Source: Octopus vulgaris
Lineage: Eukaryota
Length of the DNA stretch: 64,000 nt
Direction: 5' to 3'
NCBI GenBank assembly: GCA_951406725.2
Contig: OX597822.1
Location: 12,400,001 to 12,464,000 of the forward strand
This document shows, one piece after another, positions 35,870 to 49,416 of the stretch. Positions within the stretch are counted from its first letter, which is position 1, and every line of letters begins with the position of its first letter. Under the pieces are notes generated by a model, which was given only the letters and a program-made list of their open reading frames with translations, did not search any database and was not told where the DNA came from. Position numbers and translations under genes: made by a program.

Positions 35870-36709
35870 TGGTGTCGAGGGCGACGATGACGGCGATGAT
35901 GACGATGACGCCGACGACGATAAGGATGATGGTGATGATAGTGCGGCTGCTGCTGCTGCTGCTGCTGTGATGATGATTGTGGTGATGGTTACGAAGACGA
36001 AAACAATGATGCGGTTGGTTGTGGTGGTGGTGATGGTGGTGGGTAATGATGATGATGATGATGAAGATGACGACGACGATGGCGACAACGACGACGACGA
36101 AGAAGATGATGATGATGTTGTAGCTGCTGCTGTTGCTGATAGTTATGACTGCGTAGACGAAAACAATAATGGTAGTGGTGGTGGTGGTGGTCGTGATGAT
36201 GATGATGATGATGAGGATGATGATGATGATGATGAGCGTGGTGGTGGTGGTGATCGTGATGATAATGATGATAGTGTTCTTGCTGCTGCTGCGGCCACTG
36301 CTGATTGTGACTATTACGAAAACAATGATGCGGCTGCTGTTGTTGTTGTTGGTGATGATGATGAATATAAGGATGATGATGACGTTGATGCTACGGCGAC
36401 GCTATTGATGATGATGATGATGATTATGGTGATTACGGTTATGGTGGTATTGTTTGCGGTTGTGCTGGTGGTGGAGTTTCGTTACTTTCAGATTACGATA
36501 AAGAAGATAACAGCAAATATACTTCTGACGCTGCTGCTGCTTCTGCTGCTGCTGCTTCTGATGACAACGACGACGATGATGTTGATGATAAAGATGGTGA
36601 TACTGGTGGGATGGTGGTAGTGGTGGTGGTGGTGGTGGTGGTGGTGGTAGCGGTGGTGGTGGCGAATGGGGTGATGATGATGACAATGATAATGATGATG
36701 ATGGTTTTA

Positions 36710-36754
<45 letters not shown>

Positions 36755-36770
36755 GGGATGATGATGATAT
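35870..36770. repeat. Degenerate (GAT/GGT/GCT)n low-complexity tract
   Basis: Direct reading. Confidence 0.9.
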
Positions 36771-37087
36771 CTGGTTTTAAATTAATCCTCACCCTATAGA
36801 CATGCTATCACTATTAGATATCCCAATGATTATTAAAAAGGAGCAATTGACGGGAATGAGGCTGCTATTTTCAGCGCGTCAAGTGACCGCCACTGGTTTG
36901 TACCGATATTGTTCATATAAATCGGTTGTTGACACCTGAACAGCGTTTCCGACTTTGCACTTGTCACGTGACCTTTTTGTTTTCGTATAACGAACATATA
37001 CTAATCTCGACTCTACAACATCCTTTGTGTCACTGCTTATTCATTTCTTACCTTAAAACTGGTCATCGTCATTTCGACGGTTATAAC

Positions 37088-37655
37088 ATTTCTGAGTTCA
37101 AATTCCGCCGAGGCCGACTTTGCCTTTCATCCTTTCGGGTTCGATGAATGAAGTGGTAGTGAAACGCTGACGTCTATGAAATAAACTATTCCCCCTCCCT
37201 CAAAAGTTCACCCCTTGAGCCTATAGCATGAAGGATTAATAAGGCCGTGGGTGAACAGGACCATTGGCATGCCGGAGAAAATGCTTAGTGATATTTGGTC
37301 CGTTTTTACGTTCTTAGTTGAAATTCCACCGAGGTCGACTTTTCCACTCAGCATTTTGTTATCAACAAAATAAGTACTACTGGGATCAATTTAATCGACT
37401 ACTCCTTCCCCGCAACGAACCTGTTTTCCTTGTACCAAATTTTAAAACCATTATGGGGGTGGGGACAGGGGCAGCGGAACGTTGGTGCCCCGGAAAAATG
37501 CAACGTTTATTTCCACTCGTTACGTTCTGGGTTCAAAGACCGATGATGTGGTCTTTGCCTCTCTTCTTTTCGGGATCGATAAAATAAGTACCAGTCGAGC
37601 ACAAAGGTCGATGTAATCACCTTGCCATTTTCCCCATAACTTCAGACCTTGTTAT
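37088..37655 (+). mobile_element. Three successive degenerate SINE family B copies
   Basis: The ttct.(g/a)gtt.aaa...ac.tt(t)gcct motif recurs at ~37090, ~37311 and ~37525. Confidence 0.7.
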
Positions 37656-38050
37656 CTAGATTAACCAAACTTTTCTTGCGATATTTGCTGCATCAGATTA
37701 TTAAAGCCACCTGTATATCAAGGAAATAATGATTAATCTCACAGGGACGAACATAAACCTGATAAACCTGCCCGAATATTGATCTGTGACTTTTCCATCT
37801 ATATATCAACGTACTTAATGTAAGTACATATATACATGCATTTAAAACACTGATACACGCCTCCATATTGATATATACAAATTGATACAACTACGAAATG
37901 TAGATTTCACTCAATCAACCCTTTTTATTATCCTGTTTGAGATTTAAAATTGATTTTCCTTCTCCTATTTTTAAGCATTCTGGCAGAGCTCTGCGCCAGA
38001 AAATAGTTTCGTTTATTTGGCATACATTTATTTCTCTATTTCCGACATCA

Positions 38051-38052
<2 letters not shown>

Positions 38053-38081
<29 letters not shown>

Positions 38082-38245
38082 TGTATGTATGTATGTATGT
38101 ATGTATGTATGTATGTATGTATGTATGTATGTATGTATGTATGTACGTATTTATGCATGTATGCATGTATGTATGTATGTATGTAGGCATGTATGTATGT
38201 ATGTATGTATATAAGCATGTATGTATTTATGTATGTATGCATGTT
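38053..38245. repeat. (ATGT)n microsatellite
   Basis: Direct reading. Confidence 0.95.
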
Positions 38246-39028
38246 TGAATACGTACATACGCAAACACACCCACATACAGACGCACACACACATTTAATA
38301 TATAAATAAGTAAAAATTTATATACTAACATAAATATGTATATATATATATATATATAAACATACATAAATGTATACATTCATGCACACAAATACATGTG
38401 TCTAAATATTTATGTATGTATGTATGTGTGTGTGTGTGTGTGAGTGTATGTGTGTACATTGATAGTTAAATAGGTATATATATATATATATGTGTATATT
38501 TATATATACACATATTTATGAATACAGACTGTATATATATATATATATATACAGAGGGAGAGGGGGAGATAGATAGATAGATACAGGTCTCTGTTCTCCA
38601 TATAAATGTTTGGGTGGGTGTACTTCCGAATTACCTACCAGAAAATCAATAGTACTCGTTATAATATTCTCTTTCACGTTTGATGCAATAAAAAATATGA
38701 TAGGAACATCAAAGGATCAACTGAATAGTTTTAAAGACAATTAATCTGGAAACCAAGCATAGAGCGTATCGGAGATAGAGGAAAAAAATTACGAGGACTT
38801 AAAAACATGAAGAATATAAACGAGAAAGCATTATCAGCGAGTTGGCTAAGCAGGATGCTGTGTCATGAGATGTGTAACTATGGTGAGCGAGAAAGATTAA
38901 AGAACGACCTCGAAAATATTGCTGGAGTATTCTCTATAAGAAAACCAAAAAAAAAAAAATAATAAATAAAATAAGCAAGCAAAGGACTGCCACCTTAACT
39001 GTTGCGAAAGACATACATGCGTATATGC

Positions 39029-39077
<49 letters not shown>

Positions 39078-39377
39078 TATGTATACATGTATGTATGTAT
39101 AGATATTTATATATTATATATATGTATATATGTATGTATATATATATATATACATACATACTACCACACGCGTATAATATCAAAGAATATATATATATTT
39201 CTATGTACATACCTGTATCTATACATATGTAGATGCGTGTAAATATATAGGTATATCTATATATATGTATTTATATGTGAATGTATATGCATATATATAT
39301 ATATATAGAGAGAGAGAGAGCTATATGCATGTGTATATATGCATTCATATATTATATTATATGAAAATACATACCTT

Positions 39378-39427
<50 letters not shown>

Positions 39428-39603
39428 CTTACACACACATACACACACATATATCTGGATTATATATGTATGTATGTATGTATGTTATGTTTATACATAT
39501 CCGCATAAACGTCATCTTTCTATGGTGTACATACCGATACATATCTATTCTATGTCCAGGTACAGATAGACACAAACAAACACATACACACTCACACACA
39601 CAC

Positions 39604-39646
<43 letters not shown>

Positions 39647-40574
39647 CCGCGGCACTAGAACGTACATTCAACCACTCTCCTACTTGCCCTCACAAACGAT
39701 TTTTCTCATTCATTTCCTCCCTTTCCAACCACTTGCTTTGATAATTGTACTTAATGCTTTCACGCCTGGTTGATAAATATTCCCTAGCCTTTGCCTCTGG
39801 ATCTTTAGGTCGCTTACGCACACACACGCACATACACATGCATGCACACATTTCACTCGACTATCACTCCTTCCCTGTCCCCGTTATCAACTTTTTAACC
39901 CGCTAATGTAGACAAGCACACACACTGACACACATACATACAGAGGATCTATTACACCTGCATGCATGCACACAACACACACATTTTTTACTTTCTTCAT
40001 ATATGATATCCCCTTCCACCTCCCTTCCAGCTTCTTTGACCTACTCACGTGATTCACGATACTAGTTCTCTTCCACTTCTCCAGTATTTTCTGCTCTGTC
40101 TATTACACCTCTGGAAATCACGACTGGATTTAATAATTCACCATCTAAGCACATTTCCTTTGTAAAAAAGATAATCTTTAAGACATAGGTTTGTTCCCAG
40201 AATTTGATTTCCTCTTCAACCTTTGCTTCCAACGTTTTCTCTTAAAACAAACCCTGACTGTTTAATATGTTGCGATATTTTCCTGTGTATTTGGTCTTAT
40301 AGCTAATCTCCTCCATGGTTTAACCGTAAATTGTACCCCGTTTTCATTTTTGTCTCTGTCCATTTCAAACGTATTCTTTTGTTATCTTTTTGTATATCTC
40401 CGGACATAGCACTTATTACGTAACCTCCACAGGCTTTTCAAATACTTTATCAATTTCCATTTGATTAACAAACGTATTTATGTACTCATTTCATCAGCGA
40501 TATTTTGTTCTTCAAATTGATTTCTCGTTCAGCTTCACTCTCGCCTGATACTTCCTCTCCTTCCAGTTCTATAC

Positions 40575-41050
40575 TCACGAACACACACACGCACACACAC
40601 ATAAACATTAACACACATACACAAACACACACACAAACACAAACACACACACGCACACACACACGCACACACATACACAAATGCACACACAAACGCAAAC
40701 ACACACACGGACACAATTATGCACACGCACATACAAGCACGCGCACACAAATACGCAAACACACCCGCACACACGAACACAAACACATACACACACACGT
40801 ACACATGCTCACACACATAAACACAAACACACAAACACAAACACACATATATGCACACACACAAACACAAATACGCACACAAAGACACAAACAAACACAA
40901 GCACACACATAAGCACTACAACACATACACAAACACACATCCAAACACACAGACATACACACATACAAGCACACATACATACACACATACACACAAACAC
41001 ATGCATACACACACACACAAACCCACACACAAGCACACACACACACACAC
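40575..41050. repeat. Degenerate (CA)n tract
   Basis: Direct reading. Confidence 0.9.
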
Positions 41051-41730
41051 TCGTGTGTGCTTCGTATAACTTGTAGTTATACGTATGGGAATACGTGGTT
41101 ATGACCCTGGACGTATGACGCAACTTGTGCTCCAGCCTTCGTGACTTTTTGTGAGTCTGTGCTTATGCTCTGTTGGTTTCAGTAAGATACTTTTTGAAGA
41201 CGTTTGCACAGCAGAAATCACAAACTGTTCAATAAAATATATTTCCCTTTGTATATCATTTAAATAATCATATTCATGCCTAATTATCATTCATACATAT
41301 CTTTATATCACTTTTTTTTCACACATAAATTTATGACAAAATTTATTAACATTATCAAAATAAAGTAACATTATTAAAAATGTCTAAGACAATCAATGTT
41401 GTTTCTTTCAATGGTTGTAAATGTATTTTAAAATCAAAATAGTAATGTCTATGATTCAAATCATATTGATTTAAAAAAAAAAACAATCTATACTTAATGA
41501 AATTCTGGCGACATATACCTTACATTGTATAATTCGATAACTGAATCTTTCTCATAATTTTGATCTTTCCTAAAACTCATTACCATATACATATAATAAG
41601 ACATACGCACACACGAATAAACATATATGTAATATATATGTATACATGTATATGTATGAATATAACCGTATATACTTATATATGTATATGTATATATATA
41701 TGTATACACACATATATACACACACACTTA

Positions 41731-41785
<55 letters not shown>

Positions 41786-43416
41786 CCATATATACGTACA
41801 TATGTAGAGGAGAGGATAGAAAATCTTTATTATGCAACATGCTTATGAAAAGATTTGGTTACGCCAAAGAAGTTAGAAAGAAAATTTGTTCTCTATAGGC
41901 AACTGAGTATAACTACACTCAATGCGGATTTATAAAGTTTAATTCTCAAATTCAAGGATTACCAAATATGTCTTATCTAAAAATATTTTATTTCCTGCAT
42001 ATTGTCACAATTCCATTTGCATATTTTCCAAATTCTTCTGCAAACAATGCGCACATAGCGTCCAATATCAACTGGCTTTCAGGTTTTATTTCATTCTGTC
42101 TTTTCCAACCGTTTCCTAAACTATATTGCGTGTGTACAGATAGACGAAATATTACAAGTACATAGCAATGCCATAAACCGTGGAGCCCCGTAATAATTTT
42201 CTGTGTTGGGGGGACATAATCGGGAAGTTGGTTTGGCAACTGTCTAAGCCAATGATATTTTTCTCAAAACACACATCTAACAAAAACGTCAGTAAAAGCG
42301 AATATACAGTAACAAATGTTGATGTTTAGCGGTAAGTGGCTTTGGCTCCATTTCTCGAGTGGTGTTTTAGTTTGTTAATTCAAGAAGGATAAAACACAAG
42401 GTTGACCTTGGTGGCTTTAAACGCAAGACATTAACTAAAACCTCTGGACATTAAAATATACCTCAAAATATTTTATCGTTGCTCTAATGATTCAGCTAAG
42501 CCTCGAAGTATATTTATATCTTCTTGTAACTCTGGACCTACTCTGATGCAAATTCACGCCGGCGTGCTTATTGCTAGCTGTTATATACAATGCTGAGTGC
42601 TTATAAATATTATGCCATGTGTTCGTTTGAACATAATTATAAATGGTTAAGTGGATATCGCTTCTCAGAAGTCATATGTATATGTGTACATTCATACATT
42701 CATACATTCATACATACATATATACATATAGTAGTGGAAATTAGCTGCCCAGCGAATGTTGACATAAAGCTGAAGATCAGTGAAAAAGAGAATATCTACG
42801 CTGAAGAAATCTGCAGTTACTCTATCCAGATTACGAGTTCAGCTTTATACTTTTAATTATTGGGGCCCTGGGATATGTAACACTCTGCCTAAATACCAAT
42901 CTTGAGGCATTAGACTTCTCAAAACCAGAAAGGAAAAAGCTAATTTGAAGACTACACATCCAATCCATCACTGGAACTGTAAAAATGTGTAAAAAAATCC
43001 AGAAGTTTAGCATTTAAATATATATGAGCATTTAAGTATATGCATGAGAATACATACATAAAACACACAAATCTTCATACATACATTTATATATACATAC
43101 ATTTATATATACATACCTAATACATACATACATACATACATTCATACATACATACAAACAAACAAACAATAATACCTTGTTGTTGAAATTGAAATTCCAA
43201 TGAAGGAACCTTGAGTCTAGGTTAGAAACTGGTTCTTTCTCTTTTGGCAAGAAATCTAGAACTAAAACTGAAGAATGACATACATATATACATACTCACA
43301 CATACATACACACGCACATACATTCATACATACATACATACGTATGTGTGCATGTGTGTGTGTGCGTATTATGTGTGAGCGTGTGTGTGTATCTGTGTGA
43401 ATGTGTAATGATATAC

Positions 43417-43720
43417 TGTGAAGTCATGTGGCTTAGTGATCAAAGTTTTCGGCTCATGATCGCATGATCCGAAGTTCGATTCAGGGTGGCGGGTTTGTCA
43501 TTGAGTTAGATTATTTCACGTTACCCCAGTTCACTCAGATTGAATAAATGAGTTGCATCTGTATTTCAAAGGGCCAGAGTTGTTGCATTCTCTGTCGCGG
43601 TGAATCTCCCTGAGAACTCCGTTACAGGTATAAGTGTCTGGAGGGTGTTCTGTCCCTTGCAGGCTGTCCCGTTCATCGGATCAGTTGGAGCCCTCATCGT
43701 CGTAACCGACGCAGTGCCAG
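43417..43720 (+). mobile_element. SINE family C-related, diverged
   Basis: tggcttagtg A-box, gttcgattc B-box, 3' ccctcatcgtcgtaaccgacg. Confidence 0.7.
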
Positions 43721-44574
43721 TTTGCATGGACATACACACAGACGCACAAAAATAGATACTTTTGTCAAGACCACAAGATTATCTGACCGAATTTGAGACA
43801 TGATCTTTTCTTTATCTTATACATGAAGTTTATATCTGAAGTGAGTTTCAGTCCCATGCAGCTAAATTCCGATCTTTCCTTTCTTCATTTGTAATAGAGA
43901 TTTCCATGGATTATTTGACTTCTGTTAAGTCACATCCTTCTTTCTCCCGTCTTGCAGGATTCTGACCAAGGAGATGGAGCAATTTTCATTCCTATTTTCT
44001 TTTAATATGTTTTCAAATTCCACTGTCTCTCCGGTATCCACTTTTTCCATTAAATTATGTATTTTCTTATCTTTACTTTCATTGTTTGATCAGTATAATT
44101 ACCTTGTGTATTCCGTACTATTTGCTTCTATTAAAAGAAAATTTGTTTTGTTTGTTCCGTTGACAAAACTTGTTTTGTTATAACGATTTAACTAACGTTT
44201 ATTAGTGTGTCGTGTGCTTCTCTGACAGAAATCCAGTTAATCCTTTATCTATCCTTCGCTATATCACAAGCGCCTCGTGTTTTTTTTTTATACTGTAGCA
44301 ACGAGTTTACATGAATTCAGCCCCTTTCACTTAATTAAGATAAACAACCTCCCTTGCTCTCACCTTACACGGAGGCCTTGAAGCAGGGATACAGACACTC
44401 TTTCCCTCTTCTTACGAAGTCATAAAGGACTAAAACCTACTGAGGGGGCTTTATAATTATTTTTATAACTATTCAGGAAAAATCCTCTCAGTATGTGTTA
44501 AGTACTCCACTAGTTCAGGTACTGTGCGTGTGCATGGTATCTGCAGACCTAGAGTGGTTATAATGAGCACCCCA

Positions 44575-44772
44575 AGGCGGCGAGCTGGCAGAATCGTTAA
44601 CACGCTGGGCAAAATGCTTAGTGGTATTTCGTCAGTCTTTACGTTCTAAGTTCAAATTCTACCGAGGTTGACTTTGCCGTTCATCTTTCAGTTGCGTACT
44701 GGGGTCGATCTAATCGACTGGCCCCTTCCCCAAAAATTTCGAGCCTTTTGCCTAGAGTAGAAAAGAATATTA
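44575..44772 (+). mobile_element. SINE family B
   Basis: ggcggcgagctggcagaatcg head. Confidence 0.85.
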
Positions 44773-44817
44773 TTAGTCTCCCGATTATAAGTTCCAATGC
44801 TCAATTCTCTAATCGGC

Positions 44818-44884
<67 letters not shown>

Positions 44885-44916
44885 TGTACGTGTGTTTGTA
44901 AGTGTGTGTATGTATG

Positions 44917-44976
<60 letters not shown>

Positions 44977-45078
44977 GTTAGTTACACAGATAGATGAATA
45001 TATAGATTAATTGATAAATAGACAGATAGATAGACAGACAGCCTAATAGATAGATAGATATAAATATATATGTGTATG

Positions 45079-45109
<31 letters not shown>

Positions 45110-46738
45110 GTTAAAAACGTTTTAGAATGCTACGCAAAGCTCATCCACCGTACTGCCTACGTGATGTCATCATACATTGGAAATGAGGCTGCAGCAGCAT
45201 ATACATTTGTAATTCTATAGAGTGTGTAGTCTCTATATAAATAGAATGGAACGAACGACATTCTTTAATGTAAAACTGTATGTCGCTAATAGATTATTTA
45301 CCAAGGACATGTTGAGGACAGCTTCAATGGCATTAATAATAAAATTTTATAGTATCCCAATCGAAAAGTAACACATTTCCCCCAAAAATTCATCTATAAT
45401 GTAATTTTTACCAATAAATACTTATGTCCACTTTATGGTTTATATCCTAATAAGGGTTTGAAGCATTATGCTAAAATGTAATGGCAGACAACTCTGAGCG
45501 ATGTGTTTAACTGTCATTATTTTAAAAGCAGTCACGCACGGAGTGCACGCTCTTTTAAGCACCCGGAGATAAGAGTTATTACCATTCTATCACAGATATT
45601 CTGACTGTTCTGCTACGTACTTCTGGTACACCCCTGAAAAGGTATCATATTAGAAATTTCCATTCAAATTTATAAGGAACGAATACTTCATAAAATACTG
45701 TCAACATAAATACATGTTACGGAATATCATTCAACTCACATGATGAATATATTGTTCCATAAACTATAGAATTTCATGTTTTTGGAAATATTTCGAAAAG
45801 TATTGAATGCTGTTTGAAGTATTTAGAGTTCATCACCAAACTTGCATTTTTATATCAAAGATTTTCGGAAGCACATTGTTGTTCTATGCTATTTCCTATC
45901 AAAATTGATACTTTTTTCTCTTTTTGTAAACTCGTGTGTTCTTGCCTCATAATTGATAAAAAAAATTTGAATTTTTCTGTCTATAAAAATTTTTCGTCAT
46001 TTTATTAATGCTTAAATGTTAATGAATGGTTTTTCCTTCTGCCCATAACATGTATAGCTCACTTTACAGGTTTCTCTCTTTATAGCTTTTCTTTTAGTCT
46101 TTTCTATTTTCATCTTTTTAGACTCCATATTCTTATTTTCTTCTTCTTCAACTCTTTCATATAAACGTCGAAGTATATTTCTTCCTATGCACAATATTTT
46201 CCATTCATTCATTTCCCCTTTTTTATTTCCATTCTCTGAATACTAACACAATTTTGACTCTATTCTCCTCCCCTCCGGGTACAATATATTTATATGCCAC
46301 CTCCCCCTCTCTCTCAAATCTATATATGCTTCCATACTTCCTGTTAATAATACTGTACCTAATAACACTGGACATGATAATGCCGGTCGTCGCTTAACTC
46401 TGTTCACTGTCATTTCCTGTCTGCGATATATTTCTCTATCTATTCTTCTATAACTTTCTTTATTATCTTTCTTCTTTCCAAATGTTCTTTAATGCCTTCT
46501 ATTTTATCGCACCTTTTCACTTATCTAACATCTTTGATTAATATATTTCGCGTTTTCAAATACATTCTAATCATATTTATTTTCCTGATGTTTATTGGTA
46601 TTGAAATTTATATCTACTCAAATTCTAAGCATATTTCATGTCTTAGCTTTTGGTTACTATATCTATAAAACTCTTACTTAAATGCGTTAAAAAGCAAACT
46701 GATATAAAGTGAAAATGGTAGCGTGAAATCCTGTGTGC

Positions 46739-46770
<32 letters not shown>

Positions 46771-46771
46771 G

Positions 46772-47151
46772 GAAGCACTCCGTCGGTTACGACGACGAGG
46801 GCTCCGGTTGATCCGATCAACGGAACAGCCTGCTCGTGAAATTAACGTGTAAGTGGCTGAGCACTCCACAGACACGTGTACCCTTAACGTAGTTCTCGGG
46901 GATATTCAGCGTGACACAGAGAGTGGCAAGGCCGGCCCCTTGAAATACAGGTACATCAGAAACAGGAAGTAAGAGTGAGAGAAAGTTGTGGTGAAAGAGT
47001 ACAGCAGGGATCACCACCATCCCTGCCGGAGCCTCGTGGAGCTTTAGGTGTTTTCACTCAATAAACACTCACAACGCCCGGTCTGGGAATCGAAACCGCG
47101 ATCCTACGACCGTGAGTCCGCTGCCCTAACTACTGGGCCATTGCGCCTCCA
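46772..47151 (-). mobile_element. SINE family C, full length
   Basis: Homolog of 34008-34366; TA-flanked. Confidence 0.9.
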
Positions 47152-47246
47152 CATATATATATATATACTAACACTTGAGCACAACGAACAGACACACACA
47201 AATATATATGTATGTGTATGTATATATATAATACATACATATATAA

Positions 47247-47278
<32 letters not shown>

Positions 47279-47288
47279 TTATATAGAA

Positions 47289-47341
47289 GGAGCTTCTACA
47301 GGACTAGAACTGTTTCATTCAAGAGAAATCTTCAGGGAGCT
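47289..47341 (-). ncRNA. Hammerhead ribozyme type I (left arm of palindrome)
   Basis: Minus: agctcc-CTGAAGA-t-ttc(tctt)gaa-t-GAAA-cag(ttctagtc)ctg-TA-gaagct. Confidence 0.7.
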
Positions 47342-47348
47342 TCCTGAA

Positions 47349-47400
47349 GAGCTTCCTGAAGATTTCTCTTGAATGAAACAGTTCTAGTCCTGTAGAACTC
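47349..47400 (+). ncRNA. Hammerhead ribozyme type I (right arm of palindrome)
   Basis: gagcttc-CTGAAGA-t-ttc(tctt)gaa-t-GAAA-cag(ttctagtc)ctg-TA-gaactc. Predicted cleavage after A47394; the tail runs to (TA)n at ~47487. Confidence 0.7.
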
Positions 47401-47482
47401 CTTCTATATAATAAATTAATTTTACTCTGCTATGTATTGAGTACCTTATTTACTGTGGTTAACCCCGAATCAACCCGGGACC

Positions 47483-47546
<64 letters not shown>

Positions 47547-47591
47547 CATGTAGGTATGTATGTATAATTTCGGACAAACAGTTACTTTTCA

Positions 47592-47655
47592 TTATAGAAA
47601 TCTGAGTTTCGAATGTCGGAGCGAAGTGCTATGATGCATTTCGTCGGTTATTAAC
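47592..47655 (-). ncRNA. Degenerate hammerhead-like motif, long stem II family
   Basis: Minus: CCGACGA-aatg...cattc-GAAA-ctcaga-TT; homolog of 49347-49416. Confidence 0.4.
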
Positions 47656-48439
47656 GGCAACAGACGCTATTAAAGTCCGTTGGATAAAAGGGAAGTTACT
47701 CTATTAGGTAGAAAAAGAGAAAAAGAAAAAAATATATATTAAAAAATACACACAACCATATACTCACAATGCATAGACTCAAACATCCTGCGCTCATAAC
47801 GTCTACATACGTACACACTCACACAAACATGTATATGTATATGCACATAAACACGCAATCATGTGTGCATGCACGTACTCATACATACACACATATTCAC
47901 ACACACACACACACATATGTGTATATATATATGCATATGTGCATATGTGCATGCAACTTCATCATATACACATATGTGTCTGCATGCATACATATATATT
48001 TAAACATTTATACATACAAATATACGTATATATATATACAAATGCGGGTATATATTCACATTCCCGCATATATCTATAAACATATATGTGTGTGTCTGTG
48101 TGTGTATGCATATATATAAACATATACATCCTCCTATCACACTCGCACATATACAAACATATGCATATCCGCACAAAAGAAGTGGACGTATGCATGAAAG
48201 TCGGACTTATGCACTGGACACAGTCTTACACTCTTAATCATACATATACGCATACACATATATACACACGCACATACATATACATATAAAATATATACAT
48301 GAATATAGGAGAGTATTGTAGTTCGCTTGAAGCATTGTGTATTGTTTGTAAAAAATAAAATATTTTGAATGATACAACAATGCTCTAGAATACAAACAAT
48401 GGACAATAATACCTGTGGTAATTTAACCATCCATTGTCT

Positions 48440-48479
48440 GATAAGATATTTCGGAATAAAAATTCCTTCTTCAGATATC
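48440..48479 (-). ncRNA. Hammerhead ribozyme type I with extra A after A9
   Basis: Minus: gatat-CTGAAGA-a-ggaat(tttt)attcc-GAAA-ta-TC-ttatc. 5-bp stem II, AUAU stem III, first stem I pair mismatched. Confidence 0.65.
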
Positions 48480-48779
48480 CCTAGAAAGTCAGATATCCCT
48501 AGAGAGTCGCACACATTCACGCAATAAAAAATTAAAAATATATATATCAAAAATATAAAATGTTAAGACATGGAAAGCTTGTGCAGAAACATAGCAACAA
48601 TGCGGAATCCATCCGGGATATTAAGGGGCCCAAAACCGTAACAGGTCTTTTCTTACATAAGGACATGATCCAAAGAGTTCCGTTCTTGAATTTAAACATG
48701 TAGCAGGGTCTAAGGAACTTTTCCAGATGAGACATCTTTCCATATTACAAAGACCGCACTCGCCACTACTATTGGTATA

Positions 48780-49144
48780 AAGTCTACGTTCTTAGTTTTA
48801 TCAGAAAAAAAGTGCCGTTTTTTTTTTTAGGGGGGGGATTTTTTAATGTTTTTAATGTCTTTTTCAGTTTCTGTTGAAAAGTTTTAAATGAATTACGAAA
48901 TTTGATTTTGTCTGTAAGTATGAGTAGATTTGTTTCGAAGTCTCCCAAGTCCTTGATTTTGGAAGGGATTTAATTTCATGGTATATGTTCTCTGCGATAG
49001 ACTCTTCATTGTTGTAATGGAAGGCCTTCCATCTCATACGTTTAATAAGATCCGTCATTTTCTCCAATAGTTTTTTTTAGAGTATAGTTCCCTGGAAGGT
49101 ATAGGTATGATTTTCATTGAGTAATCGATACTGCAAGGATCCAT
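48780..49144 (-). pseudogene. N-terminus of a PLE-type ORF (3' part missing)
   Basis: ATG at 49144: MDPCSIDYSMKIIPIPSRELYSKK/LLEKMTDLIKRMRWKAFHY... and DKTKN (DKG-like motif) at ~48800. Frameshifted. Confidence 0.6.
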
Positions 49145-49346
49145 ATTAAATTCTTCTGTGGGAGAAATTCCTCAAGCGATTGATAGCAACTATTTAATAC
49201 AAGCTGTATTAGGCTCTTAGAGAAAAAAGCTGCGGTGTACGGGAGGTCATTTAATAATAATAATAAGTGACAACAAAAGAATGAGACCTCGATATTAGAG
49301 CAATAAAGGATTATTCATACAGGTATAATTAGGATAAACATTAAGT

Positions 49347-49416
49347 TGTCGTTATAGTACTCGGAGTTTCGTATATCGGAGCCGAAGAGCTACAATGCAT
49401 TCTCGTCGGCAACAGA
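49347..49416 (-). ncRNA. Hammerhead-like motif upstream of the PLE start codon
   Basis: Minus: CCGACGA-gaatg...atatac-GAAA-ctc(c)gag-TA-ctataac. The stem I 5' arm appears deleted. Confidence 0.5.

Noticed and set aside
35847-36620. 257-aa Asp/Val-rich ORF (likewise 62334-63293)
   Set aside because: Trinucleotide low complexity is open in several frames and shows no domain.
41988-42239. 83-aa complex ORF, possible host exon
   Set aside because: No recognisable domain and no clear splice donor.
42765-42850. CTGAAGA-aatctg...cagatt hairpin
   Set aside because: GAAA is absent; at best a dead relic.
47075-47151. tRNA-like sequence (also the heads of SINE A and B)
   Set aside because: These are SINE heads with A/B boxes and no complete cloverleaf, so not tRNA genes.
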